Assembly: GCA_963806185.1 (NCBI GenBank)
Contig: CAWDXE010000001.1
Coordinates: 96,001-160,000, forward strand
Reading direction: 5' to 3'
Source of the DNA: an uncultured candidate division Zixibacteria bacterium
GTDB taxonomy: Bacteria; Zixibacteria; MSB-5A5; GN15; FEB-12
Length of the DNA stretch: 64,000 bases
Part shown: positions 10,108-22,713 of the stretch, piece by piece
How the letters are laid out: each line of letters starts with the position of its first letter
Position numbering within the stretch: the first letter of the stretch is position 1
The notes under the pieces: model-generated
Told to the model about the DNA's origin: nothing
The model's database searches: none
Seen by the model: the letters and a program-made list of their open reading frames with translations, nothing else
Program-made: the position numbers and the translations under genes

Positions 10108-12288
10108 TCACGTACGTTGTGTTGCCACCGCTTCGTCCGCACTCGCTTTGCTCAAAACCTCACTCTGTTCTCCGGCAAAAACCGTAAACCTGAGCACCGT
10201 GGGTTCCCGACGTACCGGCAGATGGAGTCGGTGAACAATCGTCGTCCCCTGGTATACTTTCTCGAATCCTCCCTCCGAAAGCGACACCGTGAAGATCGGT
10301 AGATGCCAGATGTCCGCCGCGTCCTGCGACCGCACCGCCACCGCCAGTTGTCGCCATTCGTCGACCAGCGCAATCGCTCTGGCGTTGGAGAATGCTCCCT
10401 CCGAATCCAGGAAGCTGTTCTCGCTCCGGCGATTATCAATCACGATGTACCGGTCGGGCGCATGGCCGGCCTGGAAATTGAAGTTATTCTCCACGGCGAA
10501 ATTGATCCACTGCTCCTGATCTGACCGGCTGCTCAACTCGTAGGTCACTTTCAACACATTTCCGCCCGAAACGTCAAATGTCTTCCGAATTCTCAGCGGG
10601 AACTCGCTGTTTGGCTGACGCACCCACCCGTCGCGAACCACCGTCGCCCGGCCTTCACCCATGAATGGCTCGAGTTGATATGGTTCGAGAATAAAATCAC
10701 CGTCTTCGCCATACTTCCCTGACGCGAACGACTCGAAAGACACATCACGCGCGAACACGTGATCGATAAAACACCGCTTCAAATACCAATCGTCGACCAG
10801 GAACTTCTGCAGTCCCGGCTCCTTGGTAAGAACCAAGTCGTGAATTGACGCTGTGCCACTCTCCTGATCATCGGCCGTCACCGCTTTGTCGAGTTTCAGA
10901 TGGTACCCTTCCTTGCGGCGCGTCAACGTATCGATCAACTCGAAGTTGTGTTCAAGCAATCCCAGATTGAGCAGTGTTCCACCCCGGCTCGGCTTAATAG
11001 CCGCAGAAAGCGAATCCGTCACGAGCAGTACTTCGTCAAATCCATCAGCGTCGTAATCCACTGCCGCTCGCGTGATTCTGCCCTTATCCGTGAGTTGGTG
11101 CAGCTTTGCCTCGGCCGCGATCATCGCGCCGTAAACTGCCTGGCGAAGGTGGGGCAGATACAACCCGCCGAAGACGCCGTGCCAGTAGGGGCAATTCACC
11201 TGTGATGCATACAGACGATCGGTAATCTCTGCGGTCTCCTGAATTCGCCGCGGATCGCCCTGCTGATAGGCTGCCAGATTCGAAGACACATACAGCATCT
11301 TCTTATGCATCAGGTTCGCCTCTTCATACTTGGTCAGAAAGCCTCGCCAGTGGCCGCCCCGGACAAACCGCCCGTATCGGTCCCAACTGGCATGCTGCTT
11401 CATGAACTGTTCCAGCCCTTCATATTCGACAAAGGCCTTCGCCGGCAGCGACCAGTGCAGCATCTCTTCGTATGACGCCGACGGCAAATAGACCCGCCCG
11501 GCTGCCGGACGTCGGGACGCCTCTCCCAGCGGGATGATATCCAGCCATGCCTCAGCTTCGCTCAAGGCCGCAAAGAAATCCGCCAACCAACTGTCGACAT
11601 AACAATGCTTGTGCGTGTTCGGCCAGACGCCAAACTTCTCGCCGTCGTCCGCATACACGGCCAGCGCCTGCGGATTGTACTCCGCCTGCCGGCGCAATTC
11701 GAGCATCGCCTCATCAACCGTCCCGAATGGAATCAGGTACCGCAGTTGTTTCTGGATCGGCAACAGCGTGACCGTCGCCCCTTCGTCTTCGGTGATAAAC
11801 GGTCCCGTAAGCTGAATATGCTCCAGCCCGGCATAGAGAAAGTGCGTGTCATCAACGGGGAGAAACGTCACCCCGGCTTCCGCCAGTATCTTGGGCAGAT
11901 GCGGCTCCCATACTCGTTCCGTAAGCCAGGCGCCCGTGGCCTCAGTGCCGAAATGTTTTCTGAGATACTCAGTCAGCATGGCGATCTGACCTTTTACATC
12001 CCGGGCCGGAATGGAGGTCAGAATCGGTTCGTAGAATCCGCCGGTCAATAAATCGATCTGACCCAGGTCGAGCATCGATTTCACCAGCGTGAAGTACTCC
12101 GGATGGTGCCGCTCCTGCCAATCCCACAGGATACCCGACTGATGGAGCGATAGCCGTACGCGCGGATATTGCTTCAGAACATCGAGAAACGGAGCGTAGG
12201 CATCCTGGTGCGCCTGCTCGAACACCGATTCGAAATTGCCCACCGGCTGGTGGTTGTGTATGCCGAGCGCCAGGGTGAATTTTGACAT
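10108..12288 (-). CDS. GH57 alpha-amylase / 4-alpha-glucanotransferase (DUF1925/DUF1926 architecture)
   Basis: HNHQPVGN, GGFYEPIL, WLTERVW (nucleophile Glu), DDGEKFGVWP, YWHGVFGGLY, SLSEGGFEKVYQG. Confidence 0.9.
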   Translation of the reverse strand: MSKFTLALGIHNHQPVGNFESVFEQAHQDAYAPFLDVLKQYPRVRLSLHQSGILWDWQERHHPEYFTLVKSMLDLGQIDLLTGGFYEPILTSIPARDVKGQIAMLTEYLRKHFGTEATGAWLTERVWEPHLPKILAEAGVTFLPVDDTHFLYAGLEHIQLTGPFITEDEGATVTLLPIQKQLRYLIPFGTVDEAMLELRRQAEYNPQALAVYADDGEKFGVWPNTHKHCYVDSWLADFFAALSEAEAWLDIIPLGEASRRPAAGRVYLPSASYEEMLHWSLPAKAFVEYEGLEQFMKQHASWDRYGRFVRGGHWRGFLTKYEEANLMHKKMLYVSSNLAAYQQGDPRRIQETAEITDRLYASQVNCPYWHGVFGGLYLPHLRQAVYGAMIAAEAKLHQLTDKGRITRAAVDYDADGFDEVLLVTDSLSAAIKPSRGGTLLNLGLLEHNFELIDTLTRRKEGYHLKLDKAVTADDQESGTASIHDLVLTKEPGLQKFLVDDWYLKRCFIDHVFARDVSFESFASGKYGEDGDFILEPYQLEPFMGEGRATVVRDGWVRQPNSEFPLRIRKTFDVSGGNVLKVTYELSSRSDQEQWINFAVENNFNFQAGHAPDRYIVIDNRRSENSFLDSEGAFSNARAIALVDEWRQLAVAVRSQDAADIWHLPIFTVSLSEGGFEKVYQGTTIVHRLHLPVRREPTVLRFTVFAGEQSEVLSKASADEAVATQRT

Positions 12289-12292
12289 ATCG

Positions 12293-13198
12293 TTAGAACA
12301 GCTCCACCTTGAGGTTTATATACTTGCTGGGATTGGCGCGAATGTCGCCGATCAGAGCATCCAGATCATCCGCCGCCCGCCGAAGATCGTCATACAACGT
12401 CCGGTCGTCGATCATCGCCTGAAGCGTCCCATCGTTGTTCTCCAGCCGATCCGCAAAGCGCCGCGCCGATAGGGCCAGCGTGTCCAGTTGATACGTAAAG
12501 GATTCCAGCTCGCGGCTGGATCGCTCGAATCGCCGCATAGTCGTATCGGCCAGCACGACGTTGCGATGAATCGCGGCGTTCAACTGCTCCGAGGACATCG
12601 CGAAATTCTCGGTCATCTGGTCAAGCCGCTTTTCATTGCGGGTCATGTACTGGCTGAGTCGGCTCGACACTGATTCAAAATTCGAGATCGTGTTGTTGAA
12701 CTTGTTCAGCGTGCTGTCCGAGGCAATCGTCTTCTTGAGCGAAACCACGATCTCCCGCAATTCGCCCACCATCTCGCCCATCATCCCCATCACTTCCGGC
12801 AGACCGGTGTTGTACTCTCCCTCGATTTCCTTGCTCAGGTCGAGCGGAATCTCCGACTTGCCCGGCGCTATAGCTATGAACCGTTCCCCCATCACACCCA
12901 TATTCCGTATGGTGAAATGTGCATCGCTCTTGAGCGCGACGTCGCGGTACACCAACAGCTCCACCAGTACGCCCGTGTTCGTCAACTCCAGCCCATTCAC
13001 CTTTCCCTTGTGAACCCCGGAAACCGTCACCCGGTCACCTACCGCCAGCGATCCGACATCATCGAAACGAATCATGATCCGCTGCGCGTTCCGCTCCAGT
13101 TTGTACCCCTGGAGCCAATAGATCGAAACGAGCAAAACGAGCATGGCGAGTAGAATCACTACGCCAACGCGAAACTCTATGTTGTGCTGGGACGCCAT
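12293..13198 (-). CDS. MlaD/MCE family protein
   Basis: N-terminal TM helix, FDDVGSLAVGDRVTVSGV and MGERFIAIAPG MCE motifs, helical C-terminus ending NPSKYINLKVELF. Confidence 0.88.
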   Translation of the reverse strand: MASQHNIEFRVGVVILLAMLVLLVSIYWLQGYKLERNAQRIMIRFDDVGSLAVGDRVTVSGVHKGKVNGLELTNTGVLVELLVYRDVALKSDAHFTIRNMGVMGERFIAIAPGKSEIPLDLSKEIEGEYNTGLPEVMGMMGEMVGELREIVVSLKKTIASDSTLNKFNNTISNFESVSSRLSQYMTRNEKRLDQMTENFAMSSEQLNAAIHRNVVLADTTMRRFERSSRELESFTYQLDTLALSARRFADRLENNDGTLQAMIDDRTLYDDLRRAADDLDALIGDIRANPSKYINLKVELF

Positions 13199-13210
13199 AT
13201 TCTCTGATTA

Positions 13211-13237
13211 GTATCGGTAAGTGGCGACCGTACCTTA
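13211..13237 (-). promoter_or_regulatory. sigma28-like promoter upstream of the MCE gene
   Basis: TAAG-N15-ACCGATAC versus FliA consensus TAAA-N15-GCCGATAA. Confidence 0.45.
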
Positions 13238-13239
13238 AC

Positions 13240-14157
13240 TTACCACTCGTTGTCTATCGAGTCAAAAATGGCCGTATAGTTCTCATACCGGAACCGGGTA
13301 ATCGCTCCCTCCTCCACCGCCGCCTTAACCGCACAGTCCGGTTCACGATAGTGTCGGCAGGGCTGAAATCGACAATTTCCCGCCCACTGGGCAAACTCCG
13401 GCCAATGATCTGCCAACTCCTCCCGCTCGACCTCCCAGAGCCCCATCACTTTCAACCCCGGAGAATCTGCCGCATACCCGCCAAACGGCATTTCGTACAA
13501 CTCCACCCCGGTCGTCGTGTGTCGCCCCCGGTCAGAATACTCCGATATACTCTTGGTCCGCAGGTTGAGCCCCGGCGACAACCCATTCAAAAGCGTCGAT
13601 TTCCCCACGCCGGAATGACCGATAAATAATGTCCGGTGATCCTTCAAATGCGTCTGGAGATGATCCATCCCTTCCCCCGTCACGTTTGACACGCAACAGA
13701 CCGGCACGCCAATCTCACGGTACGTCTGCACGATCAGCGGATGATCCTCCGACCTCCCCATATCGACTTTCGTGATTACCAGAAGCGGCTTCAGGTGGCC
13801 GATGTCGGCAGCCACGAGGAATCGATCGATCAATCCCGTTCGAAGCGGCGGCGACTGCACCGACACGATGATAGCCAGTTGATCCAGATTGGAGGCGATA
13901 ATCTGCTTCCGCGTGTCGCTCCCTTTGGCGGGACGAAAGAACGCCGTTCGCCGCGGCAGGACTTTCTCAATCGACCCCACGTCTCCGCCCCCCAGTGACA
14001 CAACGACATCGTCGCCCACGACCACCAGCGACTCGAGCCGCTCACCGCGTTTCACTTTTTGGCGAAGTTCGCACGACAGACGTTGCCCCTCCAAGGTCAA
14101 TACTTCAAAGAATCGACCCCTGGCTGCAACGACCACTCCCTGGCTCGGCTGATCCAT
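13240..14157 (-). CDS. rsgA: Ribosome small subunit-dependent GTPase A
   Basis: VVGD OB motif, TKVD, GHSGVGKSTL, RGRHTTT, DSPG and CRFQPCRHYREPDC zinc site. Start trimmed to ATG at 14157. Confidence 0.95.
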   Translation of the reverse strand: MDQPSQGVVVAARGRFFEVLTLEGQRLSCELRQKVKRGERLESLVVVGDDVVVSLGGGDVGSIEKVLPRRTAFFRPAKGSDTRKQIIASNLDQLAIIVSVQSPPLRTGLIDRFLVAADIGHLKPLLVITKVDMGRSEDHPLIVQTYREIGVPVCCVSNVTGEGMDHLQTHLKDHRTLFIGHSGVGKSTLLNGLSPGLNLRTKSISEYSDRGRHTTTGVELYEMPFGGYAADSPGLKVMGLWEVEREELADHWPEFAQWAGNCRFQPCRHYREPDCAVKAAVEEGAITRFRYENYTAIFDSIDNEW

Positions 14158-14423
14158 ATCTAATGAAGGTATGCTAGTCATCCCCGTACCGCAAGTGTGT
14201 GACCCTTTCGGCACGTGCAGTGCCAATCCTGCCAATTTGGCCGACTTTGATGCATCAAGCCTCAATCCATTTTTCGCCGCCATCGGGCAACACCGTGAAC
14301 TCTAACGCGCATTTAACGTTACAAGCTGAGTGAGAATCGCCCGGCGATGAACCCGATGGTTGCCCTTCTGCGTACAAATCACTATGTTAGGCCGGCTGTA
14401 ACCACCACTACGAAAGCGAAAAC

Positions 14424-17426
<3,003 letters not shown>

Positions 17427-17453
17427 GCGCCGATCGGTGCTGACCAAAACACG

Positions 17454-17482
17454 AAGGCCGTCGAGGATACCTCGACGGCCTT
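17454..17482. terminator. Hairpin between convergent secA and a hypothetical gene
   Basis: AAGGCCGTCGAGG-ATA-CCTCGACGGCCTT, perfect 13-bp stem. Confidence 0.75.
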
Positions 17483-17486
17483 ATCT

Positions 17487-17933
17487 TCATCTGCCCCCCA
17501 CCGGCAGCACTGATTTCAACTTCGTTCGCCCCGGGTGCTTCGGCGACGGTATGAAAAAGTCCGGCCCCTCTCTGCGGCGCATCCGCACTGTCAAATCCTG
17601 ACAACCCTGACACCGACGAATTTTCCCCAGCGCTTCCGGCTTGATGCGACGACGTTTCGTGTGCGTCGGCGCAAATACCTGCTTGCCGACCACCTCGTAC
17701 CCTTTGCTCGGATCATCTTCGTCGAGAAACTTCACCCCTTCAACCACCCGATCACTCCCGTCTTCGTAGAGCGTCGCGCCGGGACACTCAATAAATATCA
17801 GGCCGTCTTCTGATGGTTCGATAAACGGCGATGCTTCAAGTACCTGCTCGCTATTGCAGTGCCCACAGACGCGTACGTGGCCGCGAAGCTCCAATTCTCG
17901 CCCGCAGTTAATACACGTTTCATTCCCTGACAT
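17487..17933 (-). CDS. Hypothetical Cys-rich (zinc-finger-like) protein, 148 aa
   Basis: ATG at 17933 after GGGGAG; CINC..CGHC at the N-terminus and CQGC near the C-terminus. Confidence 0.75.
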   Translation of the reverse strand: MSGNETCINCGRELELRGHVRVCGHCNSEQVLEASPFIEPSEDGLIFIECPGATLYEDGSDRVVEGVKFLDEDDPSKGYEVVGKQVFAPTHTKRRRIKPEALGKIRRCQGCQDLTVRMRRREGPDFFIPSPKHPGRTKLKSVLPVGGR

Positions 17934-17970
17934 GGTCTCCCCCTGCATAAACAAAGCACGCCATAGTCCG

Positions 17971-18300
17971 TCACCCCTTGAACAGAAGGACAAGCGTGCA
18001 AATAGTCACTGTTACCGGAAGCAGTGTCGTGAACGGCACCGGGAAGAGCAGTGAACCGACAAAGGCCAGCGCCACCGACGGCACCACCAGGTACTTCAGC
18101 GTCGCCAGCGCCATCTTCACCAGCGCAATGAGCAGCATCACGACCAGTCCGGCCGCCGCCACGTAGGTCGCATACAGGCCGTTCTGCCCGAACGTCGCAT
18201 AGATCCAGTCATGTATCTGGGCGACCGGCGCCGACAACGACGCCGCTCCGGCCCACATCTGGTCCAGCCACGCGGCTAAAGTGTTTAGTATCTCGGTCAT
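17971..18300 (-). CDS. Hypothetical membrane protein, 109 aa
   Basis: About three hydrophobic helices in the C-terminal half; codon style like neighbours; tight operon spacing. Confidence 0.75.
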   Translation of the reverse strand: MTEILNTLAAWLDQMWAGAASLSAPVAQIHDWIYATFGQNGLYATYVAAAGLVVMLLIALVKMALATLKYLVVPSVALAFVGSLLFPVPFTTLLPVTVTICTLVLLFKG

Positions 18301-18309
18301 ACTTGACGG

Positions 18310-18528
18310 CTACTCTTCTTCGAGTGGTTCGATGGTGAGCGACGACTCGCCCACGCGGCTCAGGCCCACCATGCGTTTGGTCAGGAAGTTCTGCGTCGTG
18401 ATCCACTTGTGGGAGACATCCATGATCTCAGTCTGCTCGACATCCGATACCCAGTCGAGAATCACCTGATCAATGGACTTGTCCTCTACGATCACGTTAT
18501 CCATGGTCAGCGTAAACTTCACTTTCAT
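18310..18528 (-). CDS. Small acidic hypothetical protein, 72 aa
   Basis: RBS AAGGGA; GC-rich third positions; first gene of a three-gene run. Confidence 0.75.
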   Translation of the reverse strand: MKVKFTLTMDNVIVEDKSIDQVILDWVSDVEQTEIMDVSHKWITTQNFLTKRMVGLSRVGESSLTIEPLEEE

Positions 18529-18575
18529 GGCGACCTATCCCTTATGACAGTTCCGTTCGTCTCACCACGGAAAGT

Positions 18576-18590
18576 GCAAGGGGAGTGCCC
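18576..18590 (-). promoter_or_regulatory. sigma54 -24/-12 promoter for the three-gene operon
   Basis: GGGCAC-TCCCC-TTGC with exact spacing; IHF-like ACACAATGAGTTA at 18632-18644. Confidence 0.65.
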
Positions 18591-18741
18591 ACCCGGGGCT
18601 ATGCCCCCGAGGCACCATCAATTCAATTGTGACACAATGAGTTACGCTGGAAAATGTGCAGGATATTGACAGCTCGGAAAATCCTTCCCGGGCCTCTTCC
18701 GCAGGTAGATGTGGGGGCTCCCCCATTCCCTATGGCATAAC

Positions 18742-18773
18742 AAAAAGCCCGGCGAGAACTTGTCCCGCCGGGC
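18742..18773 (-). terminator. Intrinsic terminator ending the candidate ncRNA
   Basis: GCCCGGCGGGA-CAAGT-TCTCGCCGGGC followed by TTTTTG. Confidence 0.85.
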
Positions 18774-19172
18774 CAGTCGTATTTGCAGAATTGGTATCGA
18801 GCGATTTCTCGCTCCAGCCGTCACTTTGCTTTCGGTCGCCGGCAACTCCTGTAGCCGGACCCATTTTAGGTCCGGTCGCCCAACCCTCAACGCTGAGCAT
18901 GCAGTACGAAAAACAACCGAAATTGCGCCACGGCCAGGCGCCTCAGAATTACGCCTCCATCGTGTCACCCACGTTCCCGGCCGTCATCCTTCCCTGGCAG
19001 CCGTTGGGGCAACGTTCTTCCATACGTTTTCCTCCTCTGACAGTTGTTGCACGCCACGTACGGCATGAGGCGCATCAGAGTGGGGACATCTATAACTGTC
19101 GTCCGTGGTGATTGACGCCGAAGCTTGTGAGGGGCGAACCCTTCTGGCGTCGCGATTCATCTTATTTCATTC
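18742..19172 (-). ncRNA. Candidate ~430-nt structured RNA of unknown class, containing a 24-codon ORF (18949-19023)
   Basis: Bounded by a near-consensus sigma70 promoter and a terminator; hairpins with UUCG, UACG and GAAA loops on this strand; closed multi-helix 3' domain; no credible long ORF. Confidence 0.6.
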
Positions 19173-19178
19173 ATCTAC

Positions 19179-19207
19179 AGGATACGCGATCGCGGGTCGT
19201 CTGTCAA
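19179..19207 (-). promoter_or_regulatory. sigma70 promoter of the candidate ncRNA
   Basis: TTGACA-N17-TATCCT. Confidence 0.8.
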
Positions 19208-19249
19208 GGGGAAAATGGACTTCTCCACGCAGGGTTTGCTGTGTGACGG

Positions 19250-21878
19250 CTAGAAGGCAAACCCGACCGAACAATACCAACGGTCGAAATTGTCCTCCGT
19301 CGCCCCATACCCTATCTCCATCGGCCCGATCGGACTGCTGTACGCGACCGACCCGCCCCACCCCTGGCGCAGTCGCTTCAGGCGAATCTGCGCACTGCTC
19401 TCCCACACGTCGCCCAGGTCCCACTTGGCCAGCAGATACAGTCGGTTCACGAGAGTCACGCGAAATTCCTGATTGAAAACGAAGACCTTGTCGCCTACCC
19501 ATTGATTGGACCGGTATCCGGTAAACGATCCCAGCCCGCCTATGTAGAATCGTTCCGACGGCGGCAGGCCGCGCCGCGACAAACCAATCGAAATCTTGGG
19601 ATGATAATTCAGCCGCTTGCCCAGCGCGAAATACCCCTCCAACGACGAGAAGAAGCGGGTATACTCTACGTCACCGCCGAGATACTTTGCCCGCAAACCG
19701 AAGGTCGAGCAGACTCCGCTTTCCGCTATTCGGAAACGGTACCCGATCGAGGTTTTCCACCAGCGATTCAAACGTAAGCGTCCGCAGATTGAACGAGCCG
19801 AATTCCCCCACCTGGTCGCCGTCCAGGTTGATCTTGTCAAATTGCAGCCCAACCGTCACCGCCCCCAGGCGGTGGATCTGCTGCCCAATCCTCAGGTAGG
19901 CACCGGTTTCTCTCTCTTCGCGTATGCCGGTCGGTTCGCCCTTCGGCGTAAACGTCGTCCGGTCCAACATCGCATGGTATAGCCGCAACTGCGCCGTCAG
20001 GTATGTCTTGAATATTCGATCGGCTTTCAGTTCCGCGAAGTAGTGCTGGCGATCGTCGCTGTACCGCGCGTGCAGCAAATACTCCATACCGATACCCGCC
20101 ACATTGTCGTCGAGGATTTCGATGAATTCCTCAGATTGATAGGTATCGTCCCAGTGCCAGCCCACCCGAGCCTGCGTGTACTTGCGTTCCCGTACACCGA
20201 TATCGACAATCGCCCCACTGTCATGCGGCAATAAGCTCACCGTCACACGATCAAAGAGATCCGTTCCGTACAGGTCGTTGAGACCTCGATTGGCCTGCAA
20301 AGTCGAATACGGCGCTCCCGCCTTAAGCGGAAAATAGGATCGAACCAGCCAATCCCGGCTCCGCTGATTAAACGAAACATCGATCCGCCGGACAATCGCT
20401 TCATCCAAATCGACGGTCACCACCTGGTGATCAAAATCGATGCTCGTCGCGCGAATATCCGCGAGATCGTAGTTCTCGACCTGGTAGAGATTGACGATCC
20501 GGTCAAGACGGCGCCGTAACGCCTCCGGCGTGACAATTGAATCGTGTCCCTGCACTTGCGCCATCAGGGTCGAATCATCAAATACCGTATTCCCATTCAC
20601 CACCCAGCGCAACGTGCGATCGTCAAGATTGGCCCGCGGCGTGAGCGTCAACACAACCGCCTGCACCGACTTCGTCGCGGAGACGGGATATATAGTGTCC
20701 GGAACGATTCCCGCGTCCAACTGAAACAGGTTGTTGTCCCGGCACAGTTGTTGCAGCGCTTCGGTCAGCGCCCTTCGGCCAAACTTCCGGCCGGAGAGCG
20801 CGCTTTGTGCCGACGAAGTGAAGCGATCGTCGTCACCGACCACCGAGACCCGTTGGATTGCCATTTCGGTCGTATCCAGTTGACGGCGAATCATCAGTTT
20901 GAGGCTGTCCATGACCGCCACCGCCGCGGCATACCCCCTATCGATAATCGAGTCGCGCTCCGCGAAGTCGCCCGACATGATCGAACCAAGCGTCGGCTGA
21001 ATCACAAAATCGGCGTGCGAAAGCTGGGTCATCAGTTTGTCGACCGTCATAATGGTCGTCACCTGATCCGCTAGGTCGACCGGCGAAATGATCTCGTCGC
21101 GCGTTCGCAGAGCGCTGGCACAATTGACGGCCAGCACGAATTTGACTGAATCTGTCATGGCGCGGACAATGTCCACCGGAACCGGCACCAGCATCCCGCC
21201 ATCCATGAGCCACCGGTCCTCCCGATCCACCCCCGTGAATGCCAGAGGGAAAGCCATCGTGGCGCGCAACGCGTCCGCCAGCGATCCGTCGGACAGGACC
21301 ACCTCTTCGCCCGACACGATGTCCGTACAGACAGTTTTGAAGGGAATGGTAAATCGCGAGAAATCGCCGCCGGCACGATACGTCGCCTTGTTGGTGAGCG
21401 AGGTGAGCAGCGAGGCCAGTTCCTGGCCCGAGGTCAGCGCGTGCGGAATCTGAGGCCGAAATCCGTCAAAGCGCATGGAGAGCAGATGGCGGTCCCGGTC
21501 GCGCCGCCGCGTGAGCAGCATCGATCGGCGCGATGGCTCATTTCGGAACAGCGTTGAATAATCTATCTCGCGTACGATCTGTTTGATGGCGTCAGCGCGA
21601 TACCCACACGCGTACAAGCCACCGACAATGCCGCCGATCGACGTGCCCGCCACGGCAGCGACGGAAATATTGTTCTCCTCCAGCGCCTTCAACACCCCAA
21701 TGGCCGCCAGCCCACGAGCGCCGCCACCGGATAGAGCCAGCGCGACAGGTATCGATTGCTCGGTCCCGTGAGGGTCAAGACCATCCACCCCACCAATGCG
21801 TATCGACTCTGCGGATGCGGTAACTGCCAGCGCGATTACTACTGTCGCGATCAGGGGAATTTTAGCTTGTGGTCTCAC
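19250..21878 (-). CDS. Patatin-like phospholipase with POTRA and Omp85 barrel (PlpD / type Vd-like); one +1 indel near 19687
   Basis: Signal peptide, LSGGGARG, GTSIG and DGG motifs, POTRA-like middle, barrel ending SPIGPMEIGYG...SVGFAF. An extra A in GGCAAAGTAT splits the ORF. Confidence 0.88.
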
Positions 21879-21927
21879 CCCACTCTCCGTTCCTTATTCG
21901 CAGGCAATAAACCACTGTTGAGTTACT

Positions 21928-22713
21928 GTGTCAATTTCTCGTGCAAAAACCAAGCATCTGCGAGCCACGGCGAGCAAAAAGGGACGAAGAGAATCCGGTG
22001 TCTTCACCGCCGAGGGTGTACGCGTCCTCGAAGAAGCCGTCCGCGCCCGCACTATGCCTGCCGAAGTCTACTACGCACCCTCTCAATTGAATGACCGCGG
22101 ACGTTCGCTGATCGGTACGTTCGAACGGTTTGGCGTATCCTGCCAGGAGATCCGGGCCTCGGAACTTGAAAAACTGAGCAATACCCGCGCTCCCCAGGGC
22201 ATCGTTGCCCTCTTTCCTGCCCACCGTGCCCCCCTTTCGGAATCTTTTGCCGCCGGTTCGCGTAGACTACTCTGGTGTGACGGCATTTCTGACCCGGGCA
22301 ATCTCGGAACGCTCATTCGGTCGGCGGCAGCCTTTGGCTTCGGACCGATAGTAGTGAGCGGAGCTTCTGCCGATCCCTATAATCCGAAAGTGGTCCGAGG
22401 AACGGCGGGAGCGCTCTTCGGACTGAAGATCAGTCATGCCGAGCCGGATGCAATGTTGCGCGAATTGGCCGCCCGTAAATGGACGCTGATTGCAACTGAC
22501 ATCGAAGGCGAAGAGGCACCCCTGATCGTGCCCAGTTTAAAAGGACGAACGGTCGTTCTGGCCGTCGGCTCGGAAGCACGGGGACTGAGCGAACAGATCC
22601 TCGCGGCCGCCGACCACCGGATCAGAATTCCGCACGAACCGAAGGTCGAATCCCTCAATGCCGCGGTGGCCGGGTCGATACTGATGAAAGACATTTACGA
22701 GGTGCTGCGATGA
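21928..22713 (+). CDS. TrmH/SpoU family RNA methyltransferase
   Basis: DPGNLGTLIRSA, GSEARGL, ESLNAAVA. Confidence 0.93.
   Translation: MSISRAKTKHLRATASKKGRRESGVFTAEGVRVLEEAVRARTMPAEVYYAPSQLNDRGRSLIGTFERFGVSCQEIRASELEKLSNTRAPQGIVALFPAHRAPLSESFAAGSRRLLWCDGISDPGNLGTLIRSAAAFGFGPIVVSGASADPYNPKVVRGTAGALFGLKISHAEPDAMLRELAARKWTLIATDIEGEEAPLIVPSLKGRTVVLAVGSEARGLSEQILAAADHRIRIPHEPKVESLNAAVAGSILMKDIYEVLR

Noticed and set aside
14211..14225. sigma54-like TGGCAC-N5-GTGC upstream of rsgA
   Set aside because: Non-consensus -12 box and no clear IHF-like site at the spacing seen at the other loci.
19041..19100. Group II intron domain V-like CACGTACGG on the plus strand
   Set aside because: No AGC triad stem, no domain VI and no reverse transcriptase in the window.
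18742..19180. RNase P RNA, tmRNA or a known riboswitch (GAGGAAA, UGCCAGG and UAGAUGAAUGA resemble rnpB pieces)
   Set aside because: No GAAAGUCC or AGAACCCGGCUUA, the pieces are in the wrong order, there are no tRNA-like ends, and TPP, FMN, SAM, B12 and c-di-GMP cores did not match by eye.
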